Of a DNA stretch of 64,000 bases, positions 15,801-27,800 are shown piece after piece. Numbering within the stretch: position 1 is the stretch's first letter; the number at the start of each line of letters is the position of its first letter. Source of the DNA: Haliotis rubra (lineage: Eukaryota); assembly GCF_003918875.1 (NCBI RefSeq), contig NW_025765669.1, positions 310,001 through 374,000 of the forward strand, read 5' to 3'. The position numbers were made by a program, and so were the translations under genes. The notes below the pieces were generated by a model. It had not been told where the DNA came from and made no database searches. It saw only the letters and a program-made list of their open reading frames with translations.

Positions 15801-18800
15801 GTACAGCTTATAGTAGGTACCTGTGTAAAGCTCATAGTAGGTACCTCTCTACAGCTCATGGTAGGTACCTCTCTACAGCTCATAGTAGGTGCCTGTGTAC
15901 AGCTCATTGTAGGTGCCTGTGTACAGCTCATAGTAGGTACCTCTCTACAGCTCATAGTAGATGCCTTAGTCTGTCTCACAGTCCCTGAACCACATTAATT
16001 TCCCTACTGCCAAGCCCTCTCTGCAGTGCTAAAGTCCTAAATAAAGCAAGTCTAGATTTCCTCAGGTTCTGAATCTCTGGTCTCCTTAGGGCTCCTTTTC
16101 AATATAAATGGGCTTGTTTGTTACTATCAAAATTATATATATTCACAGACTAAGCCTTAGTCTATAGGTGCCTGTGTACAGCTCATAGTAGGTGCCTGTG
16201 TACAGCTCATGGTAGGTACCTCTCTACAGCTCATAGTAGGTACCTCTCTACAGCTCATGGTAGGTACCTCTCTACATCTCATAGTAGGTACCTGTGTACA
16301 GCTCATGGTAGGTACCTCTCTACAGCTCATGGTAGGTACCTGTGTACAGCTCATAGTAGGGACCTGTGTACAGCTCATAGTAGGTACCTGTATACAGCTC
16401 ATTGTAGGTACCTCTCTACAGCTCATGGTAGGTACCTGTCTACAGCTCAGGGTAGGTAAATGTCTATGCCACACACTAAAATCTATGCTGGTTACAGCTC
16501 ATATTGGCTACCTGTGTGTTGCTGAAGGTGGGTATCTGTTTATTGCTCAGTGTACATACACATTAACATCCATTTTTTTGTGCCTATGGTATACTCTTTA
16601 CCACATACTTCATATGAAATAAAAACATTGATGATCTCATTGGTTGATCACTGGTTAACTTCATGGACAGTACAGATCCAATCTTCTTCAAGCAACCTAT
16701 CCATATGTCATTCATGCTTTCATTTATACCATAGCTTCTAAATGCCTCTTGCAGACATGCCATAATATATATAATTTATGAATATTTATTTTGTCTTTTC
16801 ATTATTCCTGGATCATCAACAGAATTCGGTAAGTATTCTTTTTACAGTCTGATCAAAAGAGTATTCTGTTGACAAAAAATAACCTGAACAAAAGATTATA
16901 AAAATGTATTCAATACAGATACTGTTATAGTACTAATCATGTCGTTCAAGGAAACAAATAACGAGCCACTGATTCAGCTGACATGCTCATTAGGTTAGGG
17001 GTGGTTGAGAGTGGCTTTGTGGATGGAGTGTTCAAGCAGCACACCACAGAATTGGGTTCTTTTCCCTGCTATGATACTGCTGGAATACATCTGTGATGTG
17101 ACTCTACTCTCTCACTATCTACCAAAAGACGTTAAAATATGGTACTTGTTGGTCCCTGCCTGGCTTTCGGCATTAATGGGTACAACAAGGACTGGTCGAC
17201 TTGGAGTCAATATAATGTGTCTGAGTGGGGTATTCATGCTTCACTGCGGCATGGTATCTCAGTGGGCTAGCACTATAAAACCAGCTTCAGTCTGGGCTAG
17301 TACAAGCAGCCACAACTCGGGAAATTATGTACCATTTGCAAAACATGCAAAATAGGTAACTATTTTTGAAGGTATATGTGATCCTGATGTGTCTGTAAGT
17401 ATATATGGTAAGGATGTGTATGTAAGTATATATGGTAAGGATGTGTCTGTAAGTATATATGGTAAGGATGTGTCTGTAAGTATATTTGGTAAGGATGTGT
17501 CTGTAAGTATATATGGTAAGAATTGTGTTGGAAACGCCTGTATACATGTACAACAAGCATGTTTTTTTAAAGGATATAAGGTAAGCATTTTTATGTTAAT
17601 ATATATGGTAAGGATGTGTATGTAAGTATATATGGTAAGGATTTTTATGTAAGTTTATTGTAAGGATTTTGTTGTGTAGCTTCATTTTGTTTCAGGTCAT
17701 AACTGGGGCAGTGAGCATGACGTTGATACAGACGAGTGTGCCCCTGACTCCTTCAACAAGGGACGCTACATCATGTATCCCTACGCCGTCAGCGGATGGG
17801 AGGAGAACAACTATGTAAGAAGTTCCATCTTTGTCTTGACATGTTCATCATGTTGAGCTGATTCCATGCAATAAACTACCCCTGAAGATCCAGATTGGAA
17901 CTGATCTTCTGTAAACCCATGCTTGTCGTAAGAGGCGACTAACGGGATCGGGTGGTCAGGCTTGCTGACTTGGTTGACACATGTCATCGGTTCCCATTTG
18001 CATAGATCGATGTTCATGCTGTTGATCACTGGATTGTCTGGTCCAGACTCGATTATTTACAGACCGCTGCCATATCACTGGAATATTGCTCAGTGCGGCG
18101 TAAAACTAAACTCACTCACCCATGCAATAAACACAAGATACTTGGATCATTGTGTCAGTGCGCTGAAACAAAACTCTCAGCTCCCAGGGGAATATGCAGC
18201 CTAAGCTGGTATTCAGACATTGAAAGGGAACTCATTTCACATGCTTAATGGTAGGCTGGCTTGCACACTGTTCTCACAATTAAGCATGAAGTTCTTGAAT
18301 ATCTTAATGTATGGTTATTAATGACATGCTAAGGATCTGTAAATGCTGGCCATGCTTTGAAGACCCATGAAGATCCTGGTTAGAATTGACCTTCAGTAAC
18401 CCATGCTTGTCGTATGAAACAACTAACGGGATCAGGTGGTCACGCTCGCTGACTTGATTGACACACATCATCGTATCCCAATTGCGTAGATTGATGCTCA
18501 TGATGTTGATCACTGGATTGTCTGTTGTCTCAATTCTTCTCAGCCCGCCACCATACAGCTGGAATATTGCTGAGTGCGTCATTAAACAAACAACCATGCT
18601 TTAAATATGGTGGAGCACTCAGACCCTCTGCGTTCCAGACTTGAACCAGTTCAACCATTAGACACAAGTGTGCACTAACCTATAGTAGTGAGTAGTTACA
18701 GGTAGTGAATAAGAAAGTAGTGTTAGTCCAGACTGATTGATGAGCTGTATTCTGCCCAGGTGTTCTCCCCCTGCAGCATGCGTTATGTGTCCGGATGTGC

Positions 18801-21800
18801 TGAGATCTAAAGCTTACAAGTGTTTTGTAGGTAAGTTCACTGAACTGTCCTTGCCGTCTTGCTCTGACACGGTGCACTTATACGTAGAAAAGCAGCTCAT
18901 TGGCCTATAATTGGCTCGTCACACCAACATTCGATACTATGCAGTCAAATGTGTTGAACTTTTATGTGTCAACTTTATGGTTGTCTCAAAGTGAAAGCTT
19001 TGTTGCTGCGTATTCCATATTTATTCATCAGTTTGCTCTTGGGTAAAACCTCGGATAACCTAAAGTATTGACATCACTCCCCTCAGATGTGTCACAACAG
19101 TGTTTCTTCTTTGCGTGGCATTTAGAAGCTGGTGTGATGAACAAGTGGTATAGTTCTATTGGAGTTATTTGCTTGACAACAGTGTTACCACATATATTGT
19201 CATAAAGGAGTTGTATATCCATAGCACTATATATCTGTATATCCCCTGTTCACAATAGTGTTTGGCTGTATTTCCCACAGGGGTACAAGATGTGATATAC
19301 AGGGCGGTGGGGTAGCCTAGTGGTTTAAGTGTTCACTCATCATGCCAAAGACCTGGGTTCGATTCCCAGCATGGGTGTAATATGTGAAGCCCATTTCTGG
19401 TTTCCCCCTCCGTGATATTGCTGGAATTAGCAGTTCCCAGAGTTATTTATGAATATGGTCCCACATGCAGGAACTGTCATATCTCTGCACATCTATACTG
19501 TTATATTGAAGTAGAGAAAATTGTGCTACAGACAGTTAATGTAAATGAAAGAATCAGTGAAATTCTTCCCTCACTATCAGCCAATGGCAAGTCTGTTACA
19601 GCTGGATGTCACTTGACGTGATCCCTGACTTCTCGTGTTGACAGAGAGGAAGGACAATGTGCCGTACTGTGGGAACGGCATCGTGGACAACCTGGAGAAC
19701 TGTGACGCTGGACCTGACGGCGACGACTGCTGCACCAGCAAATGTCGGTTCAAGTCAGGAGCCATTTGCAGGTAGATAAACTTAGTGCAGGTAGAGGGGC
19801 GGTAGGGTAGCCTAGTGGTTAAGGCGTTTGCATCACGCCAAAGACCCTTGTTCGATTCCTCACAATGTTGGTGTCCCCTGGCGTGATATTACTGGAATAT
19901 TGCTAAAAGTAGCGTAAAAGCGATACTCACTCATCCCATCACATCCACCGTCATCACATCCCACCCATCGTCACATCGCATCACATCACATCACATCGCA
20001 TCACATCGCATCACATCATCACATCACTCACTCACTCACTCACTCACTCACTAGTACAGGTAGATACACATAGTACAGATATATGAATGTAGTGCAGAAA
20101 GGAAGAGAGTTATGAACCTGGTGTTCGGAATGTTACGACCTATCGTAAATCTATATTTTATCATAGTCTTAAGCATAGCATAGAGCTACAAACATTTAGC
20201 GGATCGGGCTTCTGGTCCGATATGTGCACCGCCTCTGTGGTGTAGTGGTTAGAGCGTCCGCCCGGAGAGCGGAAGGTCGCGGGTTCGATCCCCGACCGCG
20301 TCATACCAAAAGATGTTAAAATATGGTACTTGTTGGTCCCTGCCTGGCGCTTGGCATTAATGGGTACAACAAGGACTGGTCGGCTCGGAGTCAGTATACT
20401 GAGTCTGAGTGGGGTATTCATGCTTCACTGCGGCATGGTATCTCAGTGGGCTAGCACTATAAAACCAGCTTAAGTCTGGGCTAGTACAAGCAGCCGCACA
20501 TACACATACACCCGCATGCACGTCGTCATATGAGCGAAATATTCTCAAGCACGACGTAAAGCCCAATTTCACCTCACCTCTGATATGTGCTTCACTCCAG
20601 TGAGTGAGTTTTCATGTTTGGTTGGTTTGCTGTTTAACGCCGCACTCAGCAATATTCCAGCTTTATGACAGCGGTCAGTACACAATCGCGTCTGGACCAG
20701 ATAGCCCAGTGATCAACAGCATGAGTACTGATCTACGCAATTGGCGATACAATCTGACCACCCAATCTCATTAGTCACCTCTTACGGTGAGTTTTGAACC
20801 AATCCTGGTCTGTGATTCTGGCCAGTGAGAAAGGTATGACCTTGACCTTGTCTCTGTTTCAGCCCAATGAACTATGAGTGCTGTGAGGACTGCCAGATGG
20901 CCAGCGTGGACTACCAGTGCCGAAGCTCCTCCCCCAACAGCTGTCTACAGTCCACCAAGTGCAAGTATCCTTGGCAACCATCACCCCAGAAACCGACAAT
21001 TTTATGCTTAGTCTCCCAAAAATTATGTTACAAATGTCCTATATATCACAGCATGTAATTTTACATGTTAGCAAATAGCAAAAGAGGGGTTTTGTCAAAA
21101 CTGAACACACATTCATGATACTTTGATATTTTTTACAAAATAAAAGTTATAAATCTATCCTTTTTGAGGGTCTGAATACTAGTACTTATTATAGGTAGAG
21201 AGGCTTCATGGGAAAATAAATGTTGCATAAAATGGTGGAGAGACGAACAATAACACCAACCTCAGTGGCACTTCATGTATGATACAATAGAGACTTGTGG
21301 TTGCGGTATTAAGGTGCAGTTCTTTCTTAGAAATAAATAAGTATAAAATAAAAAAATTGACATCGCTGAAATATTTAGCAATTGATAACATTTCTTGTGA
21401 TCAGAAATATATGTTTTTCCTTAATGCTGTCCCAGTGGATCTAGTTTTGACTGTCCAATGGCAGAGCCTAAAGTGAATGATACAAAGTGTATAGATGGGT
21501 AGGTATAGTTTAAGGTTATATTTGGGGATTAATCCCCAAACATAATCAGTGATTGATTTTGCTAACAAAATAGGTGTTGGGCAAGCCTAGTGGTTAAAGT
21601 GTTCGCTTGTTAAAGTGTTCGCTTGTCACACCGAAGACCATGGTACAGTGTGTGAAGCCCATTTCTGGTGTCCCCCGCCGTGATATTGCTGGAATATTGC
21701 TAAAAGCGGCGTAAAACTAAACTCACTCACTACTAACAAAAGAAGCTGGATCTGAAGGAATTTAAAGTTTGTTAGTTTATTGACTGAACGATCATGCAAT

Positions 21801-24800
21801 TATGTGGAAGGGTTAACTGTAACAAACAGGAATGTGTATATGACTTACACACTTGCATATTAATATACTGCACAAAATAGGTTAGGGATATTGGTATTTT
21901 TATGACTGATATTTTATCAGTGTAACAATGAATAAATAGATCATTATTCATAATTTCAAAGTTTGCATATATCCCCAACTATTTTTGTCCAGTATATTTC
22001 TGATTTACAGGACCCGGTTGTATCAAACCTTTATAAGTGATGGCTACATTAAACCCAAATGATATTTTTAGTACCCCAGATTCAGGCTGTAATTCATATC
22101 TCGGGTGATAGCATTTAAGTTGCATGTCTTCTTACATCAATAAGCTTGGCTGATCTTTTCCATTGCTTATGGATTTAAGTGGCTGAGTTTCTATTAGGTT
22201 CAGTTTCTATGAATAATCACCATCTTCCTTCTAGGATCCTGAACGTCCAAACATTGTTTCATGGAATTAGAGTTGTTTTTTTAAGTAGCCTCAATTCATG
22301 TCCTACGACTTTCCTTTAGTCTTTGAGTCTTGAATGAAAATACAACATCATTAAAGCTTTGGTCCAACTCTGTATAATGATGTATTATTTAATGAAGGTT
22401 TTCTGACGCCATCCACAAAGGTTGACACCACCGGGTCCAAGGGCCCGTTTCACAAAGCTCTTGTAAGCCTATGGTCCTGTTACTTTTCTCCTGGCATTCG
22501 TACCTCCTATACTGTAACATAAGAGGTACGAATGTAACATAAGTGGTACGAATGCTACGAGAAAAGTTACGAGATCTTAGGCTTACGAGAGCTTTGTGAA
22601 TCGGGGGCCAGGTGTCTCTTAAAGTATCTGATAATGACATGATCTATTGGTTACGACTGGTTTGTTCAGGTTTGCTTGTTCATGCACATGTGATCAATAC
22701 ACCTTTTGCAGTGGGACATGCTACGATGGAGTCTGCAAGTCTTTCTGTGAAGTCATGGATATGGAGCCGTGCATCTGTGCGGACAGTAAGAGATATTCAT
22801 CTATCTACTCATATACATAACCCTCAGCCCCAAACTACTTATATACATGCTTGATTTGCATTTTAGAAGATGATAAATTTATGAACATAGAGATTTTTAC
22901 TGGGTTACATCTTCTTTTTATTCTCGAGTACAACATTTCAGGGCTTGTTCTGGCCCCATCATCAGATAAAACTGAACAGTAACTGTTAACTCTGGCCGTG
23001 ACGTCACAATGCTTCTGACTTATATACATAACTCTCATTCCCAAAATGGTGAATTGTATGTCATCATATCTCAAAGAATTGTTGCAGATTCTGTTAGAAC
23101 TGATCTTCTGCAACCTATGCTCATTTTAAGAGGCACCCAACTGAGTCGCATGATGAGGCTCACTGACTGGGTTGACACATGTCATCAAATCCCAGTTGCG
23201 TAGATCGATGCTCATGATGTTGATCACTGTCTGGTCCAGACTCAGATTATTTACAGATTGGTGTCCAATAATAGAAACTTGCTGACTTTGACAAACAGAT
23301 GTTGATGATAATTTCAAACCATTGATTTTCTGGTTCAGCCTTGATCGTTCACAGCCCACCTTAATATACACTCACGTAACCTTGATTCGTGGATATAAGG
23401 GAAGTGCGGCGAAGTTCATATTTTAAATACAAGATTTCATTTTGTATAGGCACTGATTATCTTATTTATTGATTCAGCAAATTGAAAATGCCTAATATTC
23501 CCCTTGTGAATAAAACGTTTGTTTACCAAAGCCATTTGAAATCATCAGCCATTCAAAAGTACCGCTTCGTGACGTCAGTCGAGACTTAATTCCGAGCTAG
23601 CATGATAATTATTGCAATCCACGAATCAAGGTTATCCATGTATCTAGGTTACGGTTCTGTAACTGGAATATTGTTAAGTGAGCAAACAAACAAAACCTTA
23701 AAATGGAAGAATCAGTTGTTCCTCAACTTATTTTGAGTGGTATTGTAAGGCTTGACACTGAATAATGATATGTGGGGACCATGAAGACATCGTCAAACTC
23801 ATTCAGTAGAGAGCACAACTGACTTATTTGCTCCTGTGAGTGAGTATCACTCAGAGAGTCTTTTGGTAGTTTGGTAGGTATGGAACCAAAACAAGGGACC
23901 TCATCCTCAGAGAATAAGCGGTCCAGTACAGCAACTTGTTCCTAATGACAATAAAAATGTACTTATATGTTTTCTGTTGCATTTATAAAAAATCAAATCG
24001 CAACACACTGATTAGTATGTTCAAGCAATGTCAAGATTTTCTTGCCATGTTCCTGCGGTTTAACCTTGACCTTTATCATTGGGCCGAAAGTTAATTTTCA
24101 CATACTGACACATAAGTATTACTGCTCAAATCTACATGTATTCATGCATTACCTCCCCTTGAGAGTTAACTGACCCTTAGATTTCTGAACATTCTCAGGT
24201 AGTCAAGACTCCATGAAATTGGTTGATCCTAGGCGGATCCAGAAATTTTCAAAGGGCAAAAATTTGCCTTCAATGGGGTCTTTAGTCATTTTCAAAAGGG
24301 GGGGTTCGAACCCCCTGAGGCCCATGAAGATCCGGGGTAGAATAGGTCTTCAGCAACCCATGCTTGCCACAAAAGGCGACTATGCTTGTCGTAAGAGGTG
24401 ACTAACGGGATCGGGTGGTCAGGCTCGCTGACTTGGTTGAAACATGTCAATGGTTCCCAATGGCGCAGATCGATACTTATGCTGTTGATCACTGGATTGT
24501 CTGGTCCAGACTCGATTATTTACAGACCGCCGCCATATAGCTGGAATATTGCTGAGTGTGGCGTAAAACTAAACTCACTCACTCACCCATGCAGTAAACA
24601 CAAGATACTTGGTACAGTACAGATTCTAGAACTTTTTGGGGGGTTGAGTCCCATCCGGGATTCAACCCACACCCTCAGAGTCAGGCACCTAATCGCCAGC
24701 ACACAAAGTCAGACGCCTAGACCACTCAGCCACCGCGGCTTCCACAAAAATGGAAGTCGGACAACTGACTTTGTGTACTGGTGATTAGGTGCCTGACTCT

Positions 24801-27800
24801 GAGGGTGTGGGTTCGAATCCTGGATGGGACTCAACCCCCAAAAAGTTCTGTACTTTACTGAGAAAGTGTAATCCCAAATCTGTACTTTATTGAGAAAGTG
24901 TAATCCCAAATATAACATATGTTACATTTGGCCACTTTCTAAAATGGCATAGTGTATTTCATAGCTTTCGGCTGTGGGAGCCGTGCCAATTAACACTTAT
25001 CAGAGGGGTACACTAAGTCCGCAGTCTAGACTACCGGTTGTCCGACTTCCATTTTTGTGGAAGCCGTGGTGGCTGAAGCGGTCTAGGTGTCTGACTTTGT
25101 GTGCTGGCGATTAGGTGCCTGACTCTGAGGGTGTGGGTTCAAATCCTGGGTGGGACTCAACCCCCAAAAGGTACTAGTATCTGTACTTTACTGAGAAAGT
25201 GTAATCCCAAATATAACATATGTTACATTTGACCACTGTTTAAAATGTCATTGTGTATTTCAATATATCTCTATGATGTTGATACCTAGTGGTTGTTCAG
25301 TACTAAGATGAGGATTTTGATTTCTCTCTACAGAAAAGAATGCATGTGCCAGGTGTTGTAGACAAAGAGGCAGCGACCAAACCGAGTGTAAACCCAAGGG
25401 TGGGTTCCTGGAAGAAGGCAGGCCTTGTTACCAGGGTTACTGCTCAAAGGTGGGTCAGCTCGTTTGGATGTACAGTACACAACCCTGTGCACTTAAAAGA
25501 ACCCACGAATCCGTTGGTATTTGACCAGATGGTGGCCACATGAATACGTGCAAACACCTAGTTGCGGGTACAGCAACGTGCAGTGAACATGGACAAAGTA
25601 CTGTGACTATGTGTCCCAGTCCAACCAGCTGTGAATGGGTACCTCGTTAGGATGAGAAAGCCACAATAACTCGGTGCGCCTAGTGGCTGCAAGAGTTGTA
25701 TACCCCCCTAGGGAGATGAGATTGATAATGCGATGTGCCGTTGAGATTGACATCCAATGATCGAGGCAAAAAATACCAGCGCCTTGAGCATGCACTAGTG
25801 CGTGGATATGTGCGCTATATAAATATCCTATAATAATAATGTCGATTGTAGGGGATGGAGGATAGCGTGTGATGGTTGATGGAGTGGGAATGGAGGATTG
25901 TGTCCGGTAGGATTGTAGCTGGTTTTAGTCGCTGATATGATTACTTGTTACAGTGGGGCCAGTGTTTGCCTTAGGCATACAAATTTAGGAGTCATCATGA
26001 CTCCCTGGTGTATGAGAGGGAGTTATGCACATGTTTGGGAGTCAACTTCAGTTTGGAACTTTCATCAAGACATCAACTGTGATTGTTTAATAACAACAAA
26101 AAAACAAGGTAAGGCAGGTCAGGTATTTAATCAGCACTGAGCAGTTAACTGGCAAACATTTAGTTTTAGAAGTTAAGATTATCTGAACTATGGGCCCAGT
26201 AGCATTGCGTCAACATTGATGCAAGCTTCTAAATTCACTGAGTATTTGAGATAATTTGTGCGTCAAATATGCAGGTTTTCTGCATCATGGCAAACACTGT
26301 GGTGCTATTTAAACTTTTTTTTTAATTGATAATTTTTATTTCCTGCTTCCCCAGTTACAGAAGAGGCAATAGAGCCAGGGGACTCTAAGGTCATTTGCAA
26401 GAAAACTTCATTGATAACAGGAAAAACAGGATTTGTTTCTAACAAAGCACAAAACAACAACACCAGACACCACAACACATTCACTCACCAATCACACTTA
26501 CAAGCTTCAAATATTTACAGAAAGTTTAAGTTCAAGTTCATTCAGCCTATATATTTTTTCATTAGGGAACAAGAAGAAAGAATTCAGAAAGTCATTTAAA
26601 ATTTGCAAAATCATGATATAACATCCACTTTTTATATAACTTATCCTGTTCACTTTTACTGATATATTTTTTTCAATAAAATACCTATCTTGTAAATGAA
26701 ATCTAAAATGTTTAAAACTAAGAGTAGTTTTTAATACTTTACATTTATATATGAAGAATTTAGCTAACAACAATATTAAATCAAACACATCATCAGTATA
26801 TACATTTGTTCTCATTCCAAACACAGTAAGTTGCAGGTCCAATTTCATGTTGTGAACATGTTGACATTTATCATTCAATAATTCTAGAAAACATTTCCAA
26901 AAAGCTTGCACATGTTCACAATACCAAAACAAGTGGGGAATTGTTTCAACCTCACATTGACAAAAGGTACATAAGTTGCTTTCAGCTAATTGGATCTTAA
27001 ATAAAAATGAATTAGTTGATGAAATACAATGTATAATCCTGAACTGAAACCATTGAAGTTTAGTATCCCTTGTAGTCTTTAAAGGTTTTAAAAATATGTT
27101 TTCACATTCAAGTTCAGCAAGCATACAATCCTCCCACTCATTCTTAAATCTTAAGTTAACATCAGATGCAATCAAAACATAATAATAATACTTGGCTCCC
27201 CTCTCAACAGACATCAGTTTTTGATTAACTGTATTACCATCTAACTGCTCAAAAGAAACTCATTAAGCCCGAGAGCCACCTCACTACTCAACACCTGGAA
27301 CCCCTCGCTGATTGTCTACTCACTGTGCCGAGACTAATTAGTGCTAATCACACCTGATTTCCCTGGCATGTTTCGGGGATGACAGGAAACTGTCTAGTCG
27401 TACAAACAAGTCCTGATTGTTTAATTGTGTCATAAAAATATATGTTGAAGGAAAGCAGGTGTGAATACATATCGTGTATTGCAAAGTTTTATGTAATTTG
27501 ATTGCAAGTTTCTCTTGTAGACCATTGGCGGCTTGTACATTTATATTTTGTCACAATATGCATGTATTCTTTGTATGTAAGAGATGAGACGCACATAAAT
27601 AAATCCTTTCTCTCATATCAGTGTGTGAGGTTTAAATTTACAAAACATATATGACAATGACATACTGTAAAGAAGAATTTACTTACATACTTTATAATCT
27701 TCGATGAAAATAGCGTTTTTGCCGATACATTTCTAGTGTATACAAATTATTCTAATGAAAGTACCATTACACTAGTCTGTGACTAACATAGAGCACATTC

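Noticed and set aside
14601-16622. Long repetitive ORFs ([23 protein letters not shown]) as independent genes
   Set aside because: By-products of a stop-free 24-bp intronic repeat; only 14617-14727 is supported as an exon.
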